63,828 nucleotides of DNA. Origin: Mycobacteriales bacterium (GTDB taxonomy: Bacteria; Actinomycetota; Actinomycetes; Mycobacteriales; CADCTP01). The notes under the pieces were generated by a model, which was not told the DNA's origin, did not search any database, and saw nothing but the letters and a program-made list of their open reading frames with translations. Shown here in pieces: positions 28,079 through 37,522 of the stretch. The position numbers and the translations under genes are program-made. Location: positions 1 through 63,828 of the forward strand of contig JBJMII010000085.1 in assembly GCA_045806925.1 (NCBI GenBank). The letters are read 5' to 3'. Positions within the stretch are counted from its first letter, which is position 1. Each line of letters opens with the position of its first letter.

Positions 28079-28192
28079 GGTCCGGTAGACGTTCCGGTCC
28101 GGTAGACGTTCCGGTCCGGTAGACGTTCCGGTCCGGTAGACGTTCCGGTCCGGTAGACGTTCCGGTCCGGTAGACGTTCCGGTCCGGTAGAC
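28079..28192. repeat. Perfect 17-bp tandem array (6 full units plus a 12-nt partial)
   Basis: GGTCCGGTAGACGTTCC, no spacers; lies between the divergent STAS and recombinase-like genes. Confidence 0.97.
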
Positions 28193-28244
28193 AGGGTGCC
28201 CAGCCGTCCGTCCGGGACGGCGGCAGCCGCTGAAGGGGGGTGCC

Positions 28245-29102
28245 GTGCGGCCCGAGGAACCGTCCACGTACCCGTTCGCGTACCCGTCCGCGATCCGGCA
28301 GGCGTACGACCTCCTGCGCGCCGGGGCCGGCCCGGACAGCATCGCGCGCACCTGGAACGCGGCGGGCCTGCCGGCGCCGAGCGGGCGGCGCGGCGAGTGG
28401 ACCGCGGAGATGGTCCGCGCCGAGCTGACCAGCCACGCGCACATCGGCGGCGATGACGCGGTCCTGCCCGCCCTCACCGAGCCCCCGGCGGCGGTCGCGC
28501 CGGACCCGGAAGACGCCCTGCTGACCGCGGTCGCGGTCTGCGGCGTCTGCGGCGGCCCGGTGCGCACCGAGCGGCTGCCCGCCGACCTGCCGGCGTACCG
28601 GTGCGACGCCGACGGCGGCCACCTCTCCCGCAGCATGGGCCCGGTCGACTCGTGGGTCCGGTTGCGGGCGCTCGACCGGCTCGGCCGCCCGGACACCGCG
28701 CAGCTGGTGGCCGACCCGGACCGGCCGGACCTCTACGCACTGCGGGCGCACGCGGCCGGGCTGCGGACCCGGCGAAGCCAGCTGGAGCAGGCCGCTGCGA
28801 CCGGCGCGGTGGAGCCGTCGACCGCGACGGCCGGAGCCGACCGGCTGCGCGTCGAGCTCGCCGCGGTCGAGGACCAGATGGTCGACCACTCGCGCCGGAA
28901 CGTGCCCGCGTCGCTGACCGGAGCGGACCCGCTGGACGCGGCCTGGGACCGGCTCGGCACCGCCCGGCAGCGGGGCGTCCTGCTCGCCCTCGCCGAGCGG
29001 GTGGTCCTGCACCCGGTCACCGCGGGCCAGCGGGCCGGCGACGCGGACGTCCTGCGGGACACGGTCGTCATCACCTGGCGCCCAGAGCCGGCCGTGACCT
29101 GA
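28245..29102 (+). CDS. Large serine recombinase C-terminal (recombinase, zinc ribbon, coiled-coil) protein lacking the catalytic domain
   Basis: PFAY..AIRQAY..G..SIARTWNAAG..GEWT..VR; LL..CGVCG..YRC..H; coiled coil; W..L...QR; V.I.W end; RBS AAGGGGGG. Confidence 0.8.
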   Translation: MRPEEPSTYPFAYPSAIRQAYDLLRAGAGPDSIARTWNAAGLPAPSGRRGEWTAEMVRAELTSHAHIGGDDAVLPALTEPPAAVAPDPEDALLTAVAVCGVCGGPVRTERLPADLPAYRCDADGGHLSRSMGPVDSWVRLRALDRLGRPDTAQLVADPDRPDLYALRAHAAGLRTRRSQLEQAAATGAVEPSTATAGADRLRVELAAVEDQMVDHSRRNVPASLTGADPLDAAWDRLGTARQRGVLLALAERVVLHPVTAGQRAGDADVLRDTVVITWRPEPAVT

Positions 29103-30073
29103 TGACCGCACGGCCGCACCCCGCGCCGGTTGCCCCGGCGGCCCGGGGTGAGCACCCTGGCGCCGTGACGTTCCCTTCGGGTCGGCAGGTCGAGCTGCGG
29201 CACGGGACCCAGCGGGCGGTCGTGGTCGAGGTCGGCGGCGGCCTGCGGACGTACCGGCTGGACGGTGTCGACGTCCTGGACGGCTACGCCGAGGACCGGA
29301 TGTGCGACGGCGGCCGCGGCCAGCTGCTGATCCCGTGGCCGAACCGGATCGCCGACGGCCGCTACGAGCTGGCCGGCACCGGCTACCAGCTGGCACTCAC
29401 CGAGCCCGCGACCGGCAACGCGATCCACGGCCTGACCCGCTGGTCGCCGTGGCGGCTGGAGCAGCCGGCGGACGGGCGGGCGATCGGGTCCTGGGTGCTG
29501 CACCCGCAGCCCGGCTACCCGTTCCGGCTCGACTGCACGGTGACGTACCGGCTGGACGGCGCGGGCCTGTCCGTCACCATGGCCGTGGTCAACCGCGCCG
29601 ACCGGGACGCCCCGGTCGGGTTCGGTGCCCACCCGTACCTCGCCGCCGGTACCGGCCTGGTGGACGGCGCGCGGCTCCGGCTGCCCGCGTCGACCCGGCT
29701 GGTCACCGACGACCGGTCGATCCCGCGCGGGCGCGCGCCGGTCGACGGCAGCGAGTACGACTTCCGGGCCGAGCGCGCCATCGGCTCGACCGCACTGGAC
29801 ACCGCGTACGCCGACCTCGACCGGGACCCGGACGGGATGGCCCGGGTCCGGCTGTCCCGCGCCGACGGCCTGCAGGTCACGCTGTGGGCCGACGCGACCT
29901 TCAGCCACCTGCAGGTCTACACCGGCGAGACGCTGCCCGAGCCGCAGCGCCGGCGCGGTCTCGCGGTGGAGCCGATGAGCTGCCCGCCGAACGCCTTCGC
30001 CAGCGGCGACGGCCTGCGGCTGCTCGCCCCCGGTGGGACGCTCGCCGGCAGCTGGGGCATCACCACCGGGTGA
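29102..30073 (+). CDS. Aldose 1-epimerase family protein
   Basis: LIPWPNRI, NAIHG, GAHPY, QVYTG, AVEPM; TGATG coupling to the upstream gene. Confidence 0.9.
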   Translation: MTARPHPAPVAPAARGEHPGAVTFPSGRQVELRHGTQRAVVVEVGGGLRTYRLDGVDVLDGYAEDRMCDGGRGQLLIPWPNRIADGRYELAGTGYQLALTEPATGNAIHGLTRWSPWRLEQPADGRAIGSWVLHPQPGYPFRLDCTVTYRLDGAGLSVTMAVVNRADRDAPVGFGAHPYLAAGTGLVDGARLRLPASTRLVTDDRSIPRGRAPVDGSEYDFRAERAIGSTALDTAYADLDRDPDGMARVRLSRADGLQVTLWADATFSHLQVYTGETLPEPQRRRGLAVEPMSCPPNAFASGDGLRLLAPGGTLAGSWGITTG

Positions 30074-30145
30074 GGGCAGCACCGGGTGAGGGCAGCACCG
30101 GGTGAGGGCAGCCACCGGCTGAGGGCAGCCACCGGCTGAGGGCAG
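30064..30145. repeat. 16-17 bp tandem repeat (5 units) starting over a stop codon
   Basis: CACCGGGTGAGGGCAG x3, then CACCGGCTGAGGGCAG x2. Confidence 0.92.
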
Positions 30146-30157
30146 CCATCGGGTGGG

Positions 30158-31756
30158 TCAGAAGCGGCGCTGCCGGCGGAGCTTGCGCGGCCGCCCGTCC
30201 GGGTCGTACACGGTCCGGTAGAGCGGGTCCCCCCACAGCACCGTGGCCGGCGGGAGTCGCTGCTCGACGAGCGGCCGCAGCCGCCCCGGCGGCCGCGGCC
30301 CGCGGCGGCCCCGGTCGTGCCAGTCCTGCAGCGCCCCGGCCGCCGCGGCGAATGCCTCGACCGCCGAGCGCGGGTCGAGCAGGTCCGCGTCGTCGCCGTC
30401 GGCCCGGTCCAGGTGCTCGCGGGCCAGCCGCAGCCGCAGGTCGCGGGCGTACGCGCGGGGCCGCTCACCGGCGATCTCCCGCGGCGGCCGCTCGTCGAGC
30501 GTGTCGTCCAGCACGGCCACCGACAGCTCCGAGTCGTGCGTCCAGGAGCGACGGTTGACGTTGTCCGAGCCGACCGACGCCCACACGTCGTCGACGACGC
30601 AGACCTTGGCGTGCACGTACACCGGGGTGCCGGCGTGGTTCTCCGGTCCGTACACGTGGACCCGCTCGCCGCCCGCGGCCCGCAGCAGCGCCAGCGCCTG
30701 GACCCGACCGAGGACGTTCGGCGGCAGCGCCAGCCGGCCGTCCAGGTCCGAGTAGTGCGGCAGGACGGCGATCAGGTGCAGGTCGGGCTGGTCCCGCAGC
30801 GCGCCGGCGAAGGTGGCGGCCACCTCCTCGCACCACAGGTACTGGTCCTCCAGGTAGACCAGGCGGCGGGCCCGGCGCAGCACCTTGCCGTAGCCGTGGG
30901 CGACGCTTCGCTCCCCGTCCGGCGCGAACGGGTAGCGGCCGAGCCGGCGGGGATAGGTGCGCAGCAGCTGCACCGCGTGCGGGCCGGCCGCCGCCGGGTC
31001 CGGAAGCTGCGGCGGGAGCCGCCGGGCGGCGCGGTCGTCCCGCCGGAGCGCGTCCGCCAGCAGGTGGACCGGGTTCCGGCTGAGCGGCTGGGGATCGTCC
31101 CACCGCTCCCGGAAGACCGTCTCCACGTCCCCCACGGCCGGCCCGTGGATAGCCACCTGCACGTCGTGCCAGGGTGGGCGCGGCCCGTACACGGCCGCCA
31201 TCGGCTGCCGCTGCGGGTCGCCGGCGTGGGTTGCATCGTCGCGGCGGCTGTGACACAGGTCGATCCCGCCGACGAAGGCGACGTCCAGCTCGGGCCGGCC
31301 CGGGTGCCGGAGCACGACGAACTTCTGGTGGTGCGAGCCGCCGACCCGCACCCGCATGTCGAGCAGGCACTGGCCACCGGCGGCGTTGACGTCCTCGTCC
31401 AGGTGCCGGTTCTCCACCTCGGAGAACTGCAGCCGGTCCAGGTGCGACCGCCAGACCAGGCCCCGCACGTCGACACCCCGGCTCGCCGCCAGGCAGAGCA
31501 CCCGGGACACCTCGCTGCCCGGCTCGCCGGTCAGCCGCTCGTCCGGGTCGCCGCGCCAGTCCACGAAGAGCAGCAGGTCACCCCGGACCGCGCGCTGCAC
31601 CGCCCGCTTCAGCTCGGCGAAGTACGCCGAGCCGTGGACCAGCGGGCGGACCAGGTTTCCGCGCGACCAGGCCGCCCCGTCCGGATGCCGGTCGTCCAGC
31701 CGGCTCGCCGGGTTGCCGCGCTCCCCGGCGGTGAGGAACCAGTCAGCGAGAGCCAC
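30158..31756 (-). CDS. Phospholipase D family protein
   Basis: SHHQKFVV..GGIDL, PWHDVQ, YVHAKVCVVDD..GSDN. Start may be 31807. Confidence 0.9.
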   Translation of the reverse strand: MALADWFLTAGERGNPASRLDDRHPDGAAWSRGNLVRPLVHGSAYFAELKRAVQRAVRGDLLLFVDWRGDPDERLTGEPGSEVSRVLCLAASRGVDVRGLVWRSHLDRLQFSEVENRHLDEDVNAAGGQCLLDMRVRVGGSHHQKFVVLRHPGRPELDVAFVGGIDLCHSRRDDATHAGDPQRQPMAAVYGPRPPWHDVQVAIHGPAVGDVETVFRERWDDPQPLSRNPVHLLADALRRDDRAARRLPPQLPDPAAAGPHAVQLLRTYPRRLGRYPFAPDGERSVAHGYGKVLRRARRLVYLEDQYLWCEEVAATFAGALRDQPDLHLIAVLPHYSDLDGRLALPPNVLGRVQALALLRAAGGERVHVYGPENHAGTPVYVHAKVCVVDDVWASVGSDNVNRRSWTHDSELSVAVLDDTLDERPPREIAGERPRAYARDLRLRLAREHLDRADGDDADLLDPRSAVEAFAAAAGALQDWHDRGRRGPRPPGRLRPLVEQRLPPATVLWGDPLYRTVYDPDGRPRKLRRQRRF

Positions 31757-31874
31757 CGGTCGATCCAACCAGCCCTGTCGATTTCCGGCCGGACCGTTCG
31801 TCGGCATCAGTGGGCGCCCGCCGGGCGCGCCGTCCGGGGGCCGAACGGCTTTCCGGCCACCGAGAGGAGTCGAG

Positions 31875-32204
31875 ATGGGCAAGTACCTGTACCTGTACCG
31901 GGGCCCGGCCACCCCGATGGACGCCTTCACGCCGGAGCAGGGGGCCGAGCAGGCCCGCGCCTGGGGCGACTGGATGGGCCGGGTCGGGTCGGCGCTGGTC
32001 GATGCCGGCGCGCCGTTCGGCGCCCGGACGGCCGTCGCCGACGACGGGTCCAGCCCGGCGCCGAGCGACCAGAACGGCTACAGCATCGTCGAGGCCGACA
32101 GCCTCGAGGACGCCCGCAAGCTGGTCGACCAGCACCCGTTCCTGGCCGAGGGCAAGGGCCGGTTCAGCATCGAGGTCTTCGAGCTCGCCCCGATGCCGAT
32201 GTGA
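31875..32204 (+). CDS. YciI/DGPF-like protein
   Basis: MGKYLYLY, W..W, LVDAGAPF, GYSIVEADS, HP, IEVFE; RBS GAGGAG. Confidence 0.8.
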   Translation: MGKYLYLYRGPATPMDAFTPEQGAEQARAWGDWMGRVGSALVDAGAPFGARTAVADDGSSPAPSDQNGYSIVEADSLEDARKLVDQHPFLAEGKGRFSIEVFELAPMPM

Positions 32205-32346
32205 CGGACGCCGCCGCCCCGCACCGGGCGGCGGCCGGACCCGGCCGGCGGCGTGCCGGTCACGCCGCCGGCCGGGTCCAGCACGGCCGTTCGGCGGCCT
32301 GCCGGCAGCCGGCCGCGGTGCCAGTCTTGGACCGGACGGATCTGCA

Positions 32347-32480
32347 GGAACCAGCGTCCGGGAACCAGCGTCCGGAACCAGCGTCCGGGAACCAGCGTCC
32401 GGGAACCAGCGTCCGGGAACCAGCGTCCGGGAACCAGCCTCCAGAAGCAGCCTCCGGGAAGCAGCCGAGGGAGCAGCGCA
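32347..32480. repeat. 14-bp tandem repeat (about 6 near-perfect plus decaying units)
   Basis: GGAACCAGCGTCCG units decaying into the RBS of the TfoX gene. Confidence 0.92.
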
Positions 32481-32816
32481 GTGCAGATACCGAAGCCGAG
32501 TGAGGCGGACAAGGAGCTGTTCCGCTCCGTCGTGCCCGCCGACCCCCGGGTCGAGGTGAAGCCGATGTTCGGCAACCTCGGCGCGTTCGTGAACGGCAAC
32601 ATGTTCGCCGGCCTGTTCGGCGCCGCCATCGGGGTGAAGCTGGCGGCTGCGGACCGCGACGCGTTGGCCGCGGCGGGCGGCGGGGCGTTCGGCCCGCAGG
32701 AGCGCCCGATGTCCGGCTACCTGACGGTGCCGACCGGCGAGAGCCCGGCGCGGTGGGTCGGCAGGGCACTGGACCACGTCGCCTCGCTGCCACCGAAGAA
32801 GCCGCGCAAGAAATAG
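32481..32816 (+). CDS. TfoX/Sxy N-terminal domain protein
   Basis: KPMFG..FVNGNMFAG, RPMSGY, LPPKKP. Confidence 0.85.
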   Translation: MQIPKPSEADKELFRSVVPADPRVEVKPMFGNLGAFVNGNMFAGLFGAAIGVKLAAADRDALAAAGGGAFGPQERPMSGYLTVPTGESPARWVGRALDHVASLPPKKPRKK

Positions 32817-33137
32817 CGTCCCGGGGCGCGGCGGGTCGAGGGCAGACGACACCTGTGCTGGCGGCGAGGATCGGCATAGGGTGTTACTGCGTTGAACAGC
32901 TGAGCGCCTCCGGCGTCGGCCACCTCCAGACCACGGGCGGCCCGCTGGTCTCGTGTCTCGTCGCCCGTCGTGCCGAGAGCGCGGCGGCTGGGACTGCCGT
33001 ACGTCGGCGCGCACCCGCGCGTGCAGCCGCCGCATACCGTCGCAGCTTGGCCGCCCCGGCAGCCAGCTCCGACGGGATGCTCCGTGCGCTCCTCCCCGGC
33101 CGCGCCGCCGGCGGACCGACGACCGTCTGGAGGCTGA

Positions 33138-33980
33138 ATGGACGTAGCCACCCTCCCCCGCGCCGGGCCGCCGGCCCTGCCCACGCCGCCGTACCCCGCG
33201 CCGACCGATCTCCTCGACGGCCGGGGCGACGGCGGCAGGGGCGACCGGGCCCGGCCGCTGTTCTGCCGGCTCGCCGGGCTGGCTCCGGGGACGGTCCAGC
33301 ACCGCGAGCTGCGCGACCAGCTCGTCGAGATGCATCTGCCGCTGGCACGGTACTTCGCCCGCCGGTACACCGGCCGCAGCGAGCCGTTCGACGACCTCGT
33401 CCAGGCCGCCTCGGTCGGCCTGGTCAAGGCCGTGGACCGGTTCGACCCGTGGCGCGGCATGGCGTTCAGCACCTTCGCCGCGCCGACGATCCTCGGCGAG
33501 ATCCGTCGCCACTTCCGCGACCACACCTGGGCGGTACACGTCCAGCGCACGCTCCAGGAGCTCAGCGGGCAGGTCAGCAGGGCCGCGCGGGAGATGAGCC
33601 AGGAGCTCGGCCGGTCCCCGACGGTCCCGGAGGTCGCCGCCCGGACCGGGCTGTCGGAGGAGCGGATCACCGAGTCGCTCGCCTGCAGCGCGGCGTACGC
33701 GACGGTGTCGTTCGAGACCCCGGCCGGCGAGGACCACACGCTGGGCGACCGGCTCGGCGGCGACGACCCGGCACTCGACCACGTGGAGCTGCACGAGTCG
33801 CTGGGACGCGCCCTGGCCGTCCTGCCGTACCGGGAGCAGCAGATCCTGCAGCTGCGCTACTACGGCAACCTGACCCAGGCGCAGATCGCCGCCCGGCTCG
33901 GCATCTCCCAGATGCACGTCTCCCGGCTGCTCGGCCGGATCCTCAGCCGGCTCCGGCAGGAGCTGGTGCCCGACGACTGA
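33138..33980 (+). CDS. SigB/SigF/SigG family sigma factor
   Basis: DDLVQ..GLVKAVDRFDP, PTILGEIRRHFRD, LTQAQIA..GISQMHVSRL. Confidence 0.95.
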   Translation: MDVATLPRAGPPALPTPPYPAPTDLLDGRGDGGRGDRARPLFCRLAGLAPGTVQHRELRDQLVEMHLPLARYFARRYTGRSEPFDDLVQAASVGLVKAVDRFDPWRGMAFSTFAAPTILGEIRRHFRDHTWAVHVQRTLQELSGQVSRAAREMSQELGRSPTVPEVAARTGLSEERITESLACSAAYATVSFETPAGEDHTLGDRLGGDDPALDHVELHESLGRALAVLPYREQQILQLRYYGNLTQAQIAARLGISQMHVSRLLGRILSRLRQELVPDD

Positions 33981-34034
33981 TCCCGGTCGCCGGTCCGGTC
34001 TGACGACGTTTCGAATCCGCCCCTCCGGTCAGGT

Positions 34035-34451
34035 GTGAGCCATGCCGACGGGGCCGCCGTCCCCGCCTCGCATCCAAACCCTCGAGTGCGGAAGGACCGT
34101 GCCGTGACCCGGATCGCCGCCATCACCATCAACCGTCCCGAGGACGAGGTGCGCCGCCGGTGGCCGGGTGTCGAGCCCAAGCTGCCCCCGCTGCACGGCG
34201 GCGTGCGGCTGCACCCCGCCCCCGGCGGGCGGGGCACCGAGGTCCGCATCCCGTACGAGCAGGGCGGCATCGCCCAGAGACTGCTCGCGGTCACCGGCAG
34301 GGACAGGCGCCGGGTGCTGGAGGACGCGCTGCGCCGCTTCAAGCAGGTGCTGGAGACCGGTCAGGTGGTGCGCTCGGAGGCCAGCCCGCAGGGCACGGAC
34401 GCGGCCCGGCAGCGCCGCCGCCACCCGGCGCGGCCGGTCCAGGCGCCGTAA
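34035..34451 (+). CDS. Shortened SRPBCC/cyclase-like protein
   Basis: ITINRP..EV, PAPGGRGTEV, LRRFKQVLETG.VVRS; central part of the fold missing. Start may be 34104. Confidence 0.65.
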   Translation: MSHADGAAVPASHPNPRVRKDRAVTRIAAITINRPEDEVRRRWPGVEPKLPPLHGGVRLHPAPGGRGTEVRIPYEQGGIAQRLLAVTGRDRRRVLEDALRRFKQVLETGQVVRSEASPQGTDAARQRRRHPARPVQAP

Positions 34452-34492
34452 GCGCCTCCGACCCGACCACCGCGAGGAGACCAGGAGCCGGC

Positions 34493-35665
34493 ATGCGAGC
34501 GAACTGCTGGATGGGACGCAACACCGTCGAGGTCCGGGAGGTCCCGGACCCCAAGATCCTCAACGACCGCGACGCCGTCGTGCGCGTCACCTCGACCGCA
34601 ATCTGCGGCTCCGACCTGCACCTGTACGACGGTTACATCTCCGCCGTGCGGAGGGGGGACATCCTCGGCCACGAGTTCATGGGCGAGGTCGTGGAGACCG
34701 GCCCCGGGGTCGGCAACCTGTCCGTCGGCGACCGGGTCGTCGTCCCGTTCCCCATCGCCTGCGGCGCCTGCACCTCCTGCACGGCCGGCCGGTACGCCCT
34801 GTGCGAGAACACCAACCCGAACGCCGGCATGGCCGAGAAGCTGTTCGGGCACTCCCCGGCCGGCGTCTTCGGCTACTCCCACCTGCTGGGCGGCTACCCG
34901 GGCGGGCAGGCGGAGTACGTCCGCGTGCCGTTCGCCGACGTCGGCCCCGTCAAGATCGAGAGCGACCTGCCGGACGAGAAGGTGCTGTTCCTGTCCGACA
35001 TCTTCCCCACCGGCTACATGGGCGCCGAGATGTGCGACATCACCCCCGGTGACGTGGTGGCGGTCTGGGGCGCCGGACCGGTGGGCCAGTTCGCCATCGC
35101 CAGCGCCAGGCTGCTCGGCGCCGAGAAGGTGGTCGCGATCGACCGGTTCGACTACCGGCTCGCGATGGCCGCCGACCGCAGCGGCGCCCTGACGGTCAAC
35201 TACGAGGAGACCGACGTCCAGGACGCGCTGCGCGACATCACCGCCGGGCGCGGGCCGGACGCGTGCATCGACGCCGTCGGCATGGAGGCGCACTCGGGCT
35301 TCGCCCCGCTGCACGTCTACGACCGGGTCAAGCAGGCCGCGCGGCTGCAGACCGAGCGGGGGTCGGCGCTCCGGCAGGCGATCATGAGCTGCCGGAACGG
35401 TGGGACGGTCTCGGTCGTGGGCGTGTACGGCGGGTTCATGGACAAGTTCCCGGTCGGGTCGTGGATGAACCGGTCGATCACGTTGCGGACCGGTCAGTGC
35501 CATGTCCAGCGGTACACGCGTGACCTCCTGGAGCGGGTCGAGCGGGGCGAGATCGACCCGAGCTTCGTGGTCACCCACCGGCTTCCCCTCGACCGGGCGC
35601 CGGAGGGGTACGAGACCTTCAAGCACAAGCAGGACGACTGCGTCAAGGTCGTCCTGTCCCCCTGA
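34493..35665 (+). CDS. Zn-dependent (formaldehyde dehydrogenase-like) alcohol dehydrogenase
   Basis: AICGSDLH, GHE, CGAC..C, LSDIFPTG, GAGPVG. Confidence 0.93.
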   Translation: MRANCWMGRNTVEVREVPDPKILNDRDAVVRVTSTAICGSDLHLYDGYISAVRRGDILGHEFMGEVVETGPGVGNLSVGDRVVVPFPIACGACTSCTAGRYALCENTNPNAGMAEKLFGHSPAGVFGYSHLLGGYPGGQAEYVRVPFADVGPVKIESDLPDEKVLFLSDIFPTGYMGAEMCDITPGDVVAVWGAGPVGQFAIASARLLGAEKVVAIDRFDYRLAMAADRSGALTVNYEETDVQDALRDITAGRGPDACIDAVGMEAHSGFAPLHVYDRVKQAARLQTERGSALRQAIMSCRNGGTVSVVGVYGGFMDKFPVGSWMNRSITLRTGQCHVQRYTRDLLERVERGEIDPSFVVTHRLPLDRAPEGYETFKHKQDDCVKVVLSP

Positions 35666-35876
35666 CCGCTCCCCGGGTCGGCGGCTGCTCCCGGCCGAGC
35701 TGACACCCGCCTTCCGGTGGGCCCCTCCGCAGGAGGCGGGCCAGCACGTCGTGGTCCGTGGGGCTGGTACCGGGAGGCCCGGATGTTTACGGTTGATGGC
35801 GTCGGCAGAAGTCTTGAGTGGAAGCCGAACGCGCTCGACCGGCCCCCGGCCGGCCGGAGATGGAAGAAGGCCATCC

Positions 35877-36209
35877 ATGGTTGACCGCCACGACCAGCAT
35901 GTCGAGCTCACGGAGGACGGACGGGTCGTCGGCGTCGCGGCCGTCCACCCCGTCCAGGACTCCCCCGTCGTCCGCGCCGAGCTGCACGTCGAAGCGGGGC
36001 ACGTCCCGGTCGGCACCGGCGCCCGGCTCGTCGACGCGGTGCTGGATCTCCCCGAGACCAGGGAGGGCTGCCGGCTGGAGGCGACGGTCCCGATCGGCGA
36101 CACGGAGTCGCTGGACCGGTTGCGGGATCGCTGCGACGCCGTCGAGACCCGCCCGGCCGGAGCGACCTGCCTGGTCGACGCCACGCTTCCCGCCGGTGAG
36201 GAACGCTGA
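35877..36209 (+). CDS. Hypothetical protein
   Basis: RBS GAAGAAGG; GC3-rich frame; no clear motif. Confidence 0.65.
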   Translation: MVDRHDQHVELTEDGRVVGVAAVHPVQDSPVVRAELHVEAGHVPVGTGARLVDAVLDLPETREGCRLEATVPIGDTESLDRLRDRCDAVETRPAGATCLVDATLPAGEER

Positions 36210-36236
36210 CCGGACGCCGGCCCTACCTTGGCCGGC

Positions 36237-36485
36237 ATGAACTTCCAGGTCCACACGCCGACGGGCTGCCAGGACTACACCGGCGCGGCCCGTTACGACG
36301 TCGAGCATCCGGGCGGTGGGCTGCTGACCGTATGGACCGGCGACGGACGCAAGATCGTCTACGGACCGGCCGGCTGGCACCGCCTGGAGGAGCAGCCCGT
36401 CGCGGACGACGTCGAGCGGTCGGCGAGGCTGCGGGACGCCCGAGCGGACGGCGGCCCGGACGTCGTCGCCGCCCCGGCCAGCTGA
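36237..36485 (+). CDS. Small hypothetical protein
   Basis: TACCTT 7 nt before the ATG; beta-rich sequence GLLTVW..IVYGPAGW. Confidence 0.6.
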   Translation: MNFQVHTPTGCQDYTGAARYDVEHPGGGLLTVWTGDGRKIVYGPAGWHRLEEQPVADDVERSARLRDARADGGPDVVAAPAS

Positions 36486-36564
36486 GCGTCGGGGCCGGAC
36501 CCCGCCCGGTGGACCGGTGGACGGGCGCGACCGGCGTGCCGACCCGGATCGCATACTGTCCGCC

Positions 36565-37440
36565 ATGCCCCAGCAGCAGAACGGCGGCGGCGGGGAGACC
36601 GGCCGGCGAGCCGCCGTGCTCGGCTCGCCGGTGGCGCACTCGCTGTCTCCGGCCCTGCACGCCGCCGCGTACGCGGCGCTGGGCCTGACCGGCTGGAGAT
36701 ACGACGCGATCGAGTGCGACGAGGCCGGCCTGTCCGGTTTCGTCGACCGGCTGGGACCGGAGTGGGCCGGGCTGTCGCTGACCATGCCGCTGAAGCGGGC
36801 GGCGCTGCGGGTCGCGGACGAGGTCTCGCCGCTGGCCGCCGCGGTGGGAGCCGCGAACACGCTCCTCCTGGACGGCAGCGGCGGCCGCGGGCACCGGCGG
36901 GTGGACAACACGGACGTGCCGGGCATCGCCTCGGCGTTGCGGGAGGCCGGCCTGGAGCGGGTCAGCCGCGCGGTCGTGCTCGGTGCCGGCGGCACCGCCC
37001 AGGCTGCGCTCGCGGCGCTGGCCGAGCTCGGCGAGCGGCAGCCCACCGTGCTGGTCCGGGACACCTCCCGGACCTCGGAGCTGCGGACCGCAGCCGACCG
37101 GCTCGGCGTCCGCCCGACCGTCCGCGGCACCTTGACCCGGGCCCCGCTGCCCGAGGCCGACCTGATCCTGTCCACCCTTCCCCGCGGCGCCGCCGACCGC
37201 CTCCGCCCGGTGCGCTGGGACCCCGGCACGGTGGTCCTCGACGTGGTGTACGCGCCCTGGCCCACCCCGCTCGCCGCCGCTGCCGCCGAGGCCGGCTGCC
37301 GGGTGGTCAGCGGGCTGGCCGTCCTGCTGCACCAGGCGGTCGCGCAGGTCGAGCTGATGACCGGCCGTCCGGGTCCGGTCGAGGCCATGCGGGCCGGGCT
37401 CGCGGAGGCGGTCACCGCCCGCGCCGCCCGCCTCGGCTGA
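36565..37440 (+). CDS. aroE: Shikimate dehydrogenase
   Basis: GSPVAHSLSP.LH, TMPLK, ANT, NTD, GAGGTA, QA..Q. Confidence 0.93.
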   Translation: MPQQQNGGGGETGRRAAVLGSPVAHSLSPALHAAAYAALGLTGWRYDAIECDEAGLSGFVDRLGPEWAGLSLTMPLKRAALRVADEVSPLAAAVGAANTLLLDGSGGRGHRRVDNTDVPGIASALREAGLERVSRAVVLGAGGTAQAALAALAELGERQPTVLVRDTSRTSELRTAADRLGVRPTVRGTLTRAPLPEADLILSTLPRGAADRLRPVRWDPGTVVLDVVYAPWPTPLAAAAAEAGCRVVSGLAVLLHQAVAQVELMTGRPGPVEAMRAGLAEAVTARAARLG

Positions 37441-37522
37441 GGCGGCTACCGGATGGCTGTTCGACCAGGTCGTCGACGCGATGTCCGGGGCCCGGTGAGG
37501 TCGGTGAGGCAGCGCCGGCGGC

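Noticed and set aside
28079..28192. Repeat arrays (also 2278, 30064, 32347, 62359) as CRISPR
   Set aside because: Units are 8-17 bp and directly adjacent, with no unique spacers and no cas genes.
28245..29102. Active integrase or integrated element
   Set aside because: No catalytic domain, att duplication, tRNA target or cargo was recognised.
30158..31756. PLD-type defence nuclease
   Set aside because: Two-motif lipid-PLD architecture with no helicase or defence neighbours.
34008..34031. SigB/F promoter GTTT-N14-CGGTCA
   Set aside because: The -10 match to GGGTAN is weak and could be chance.
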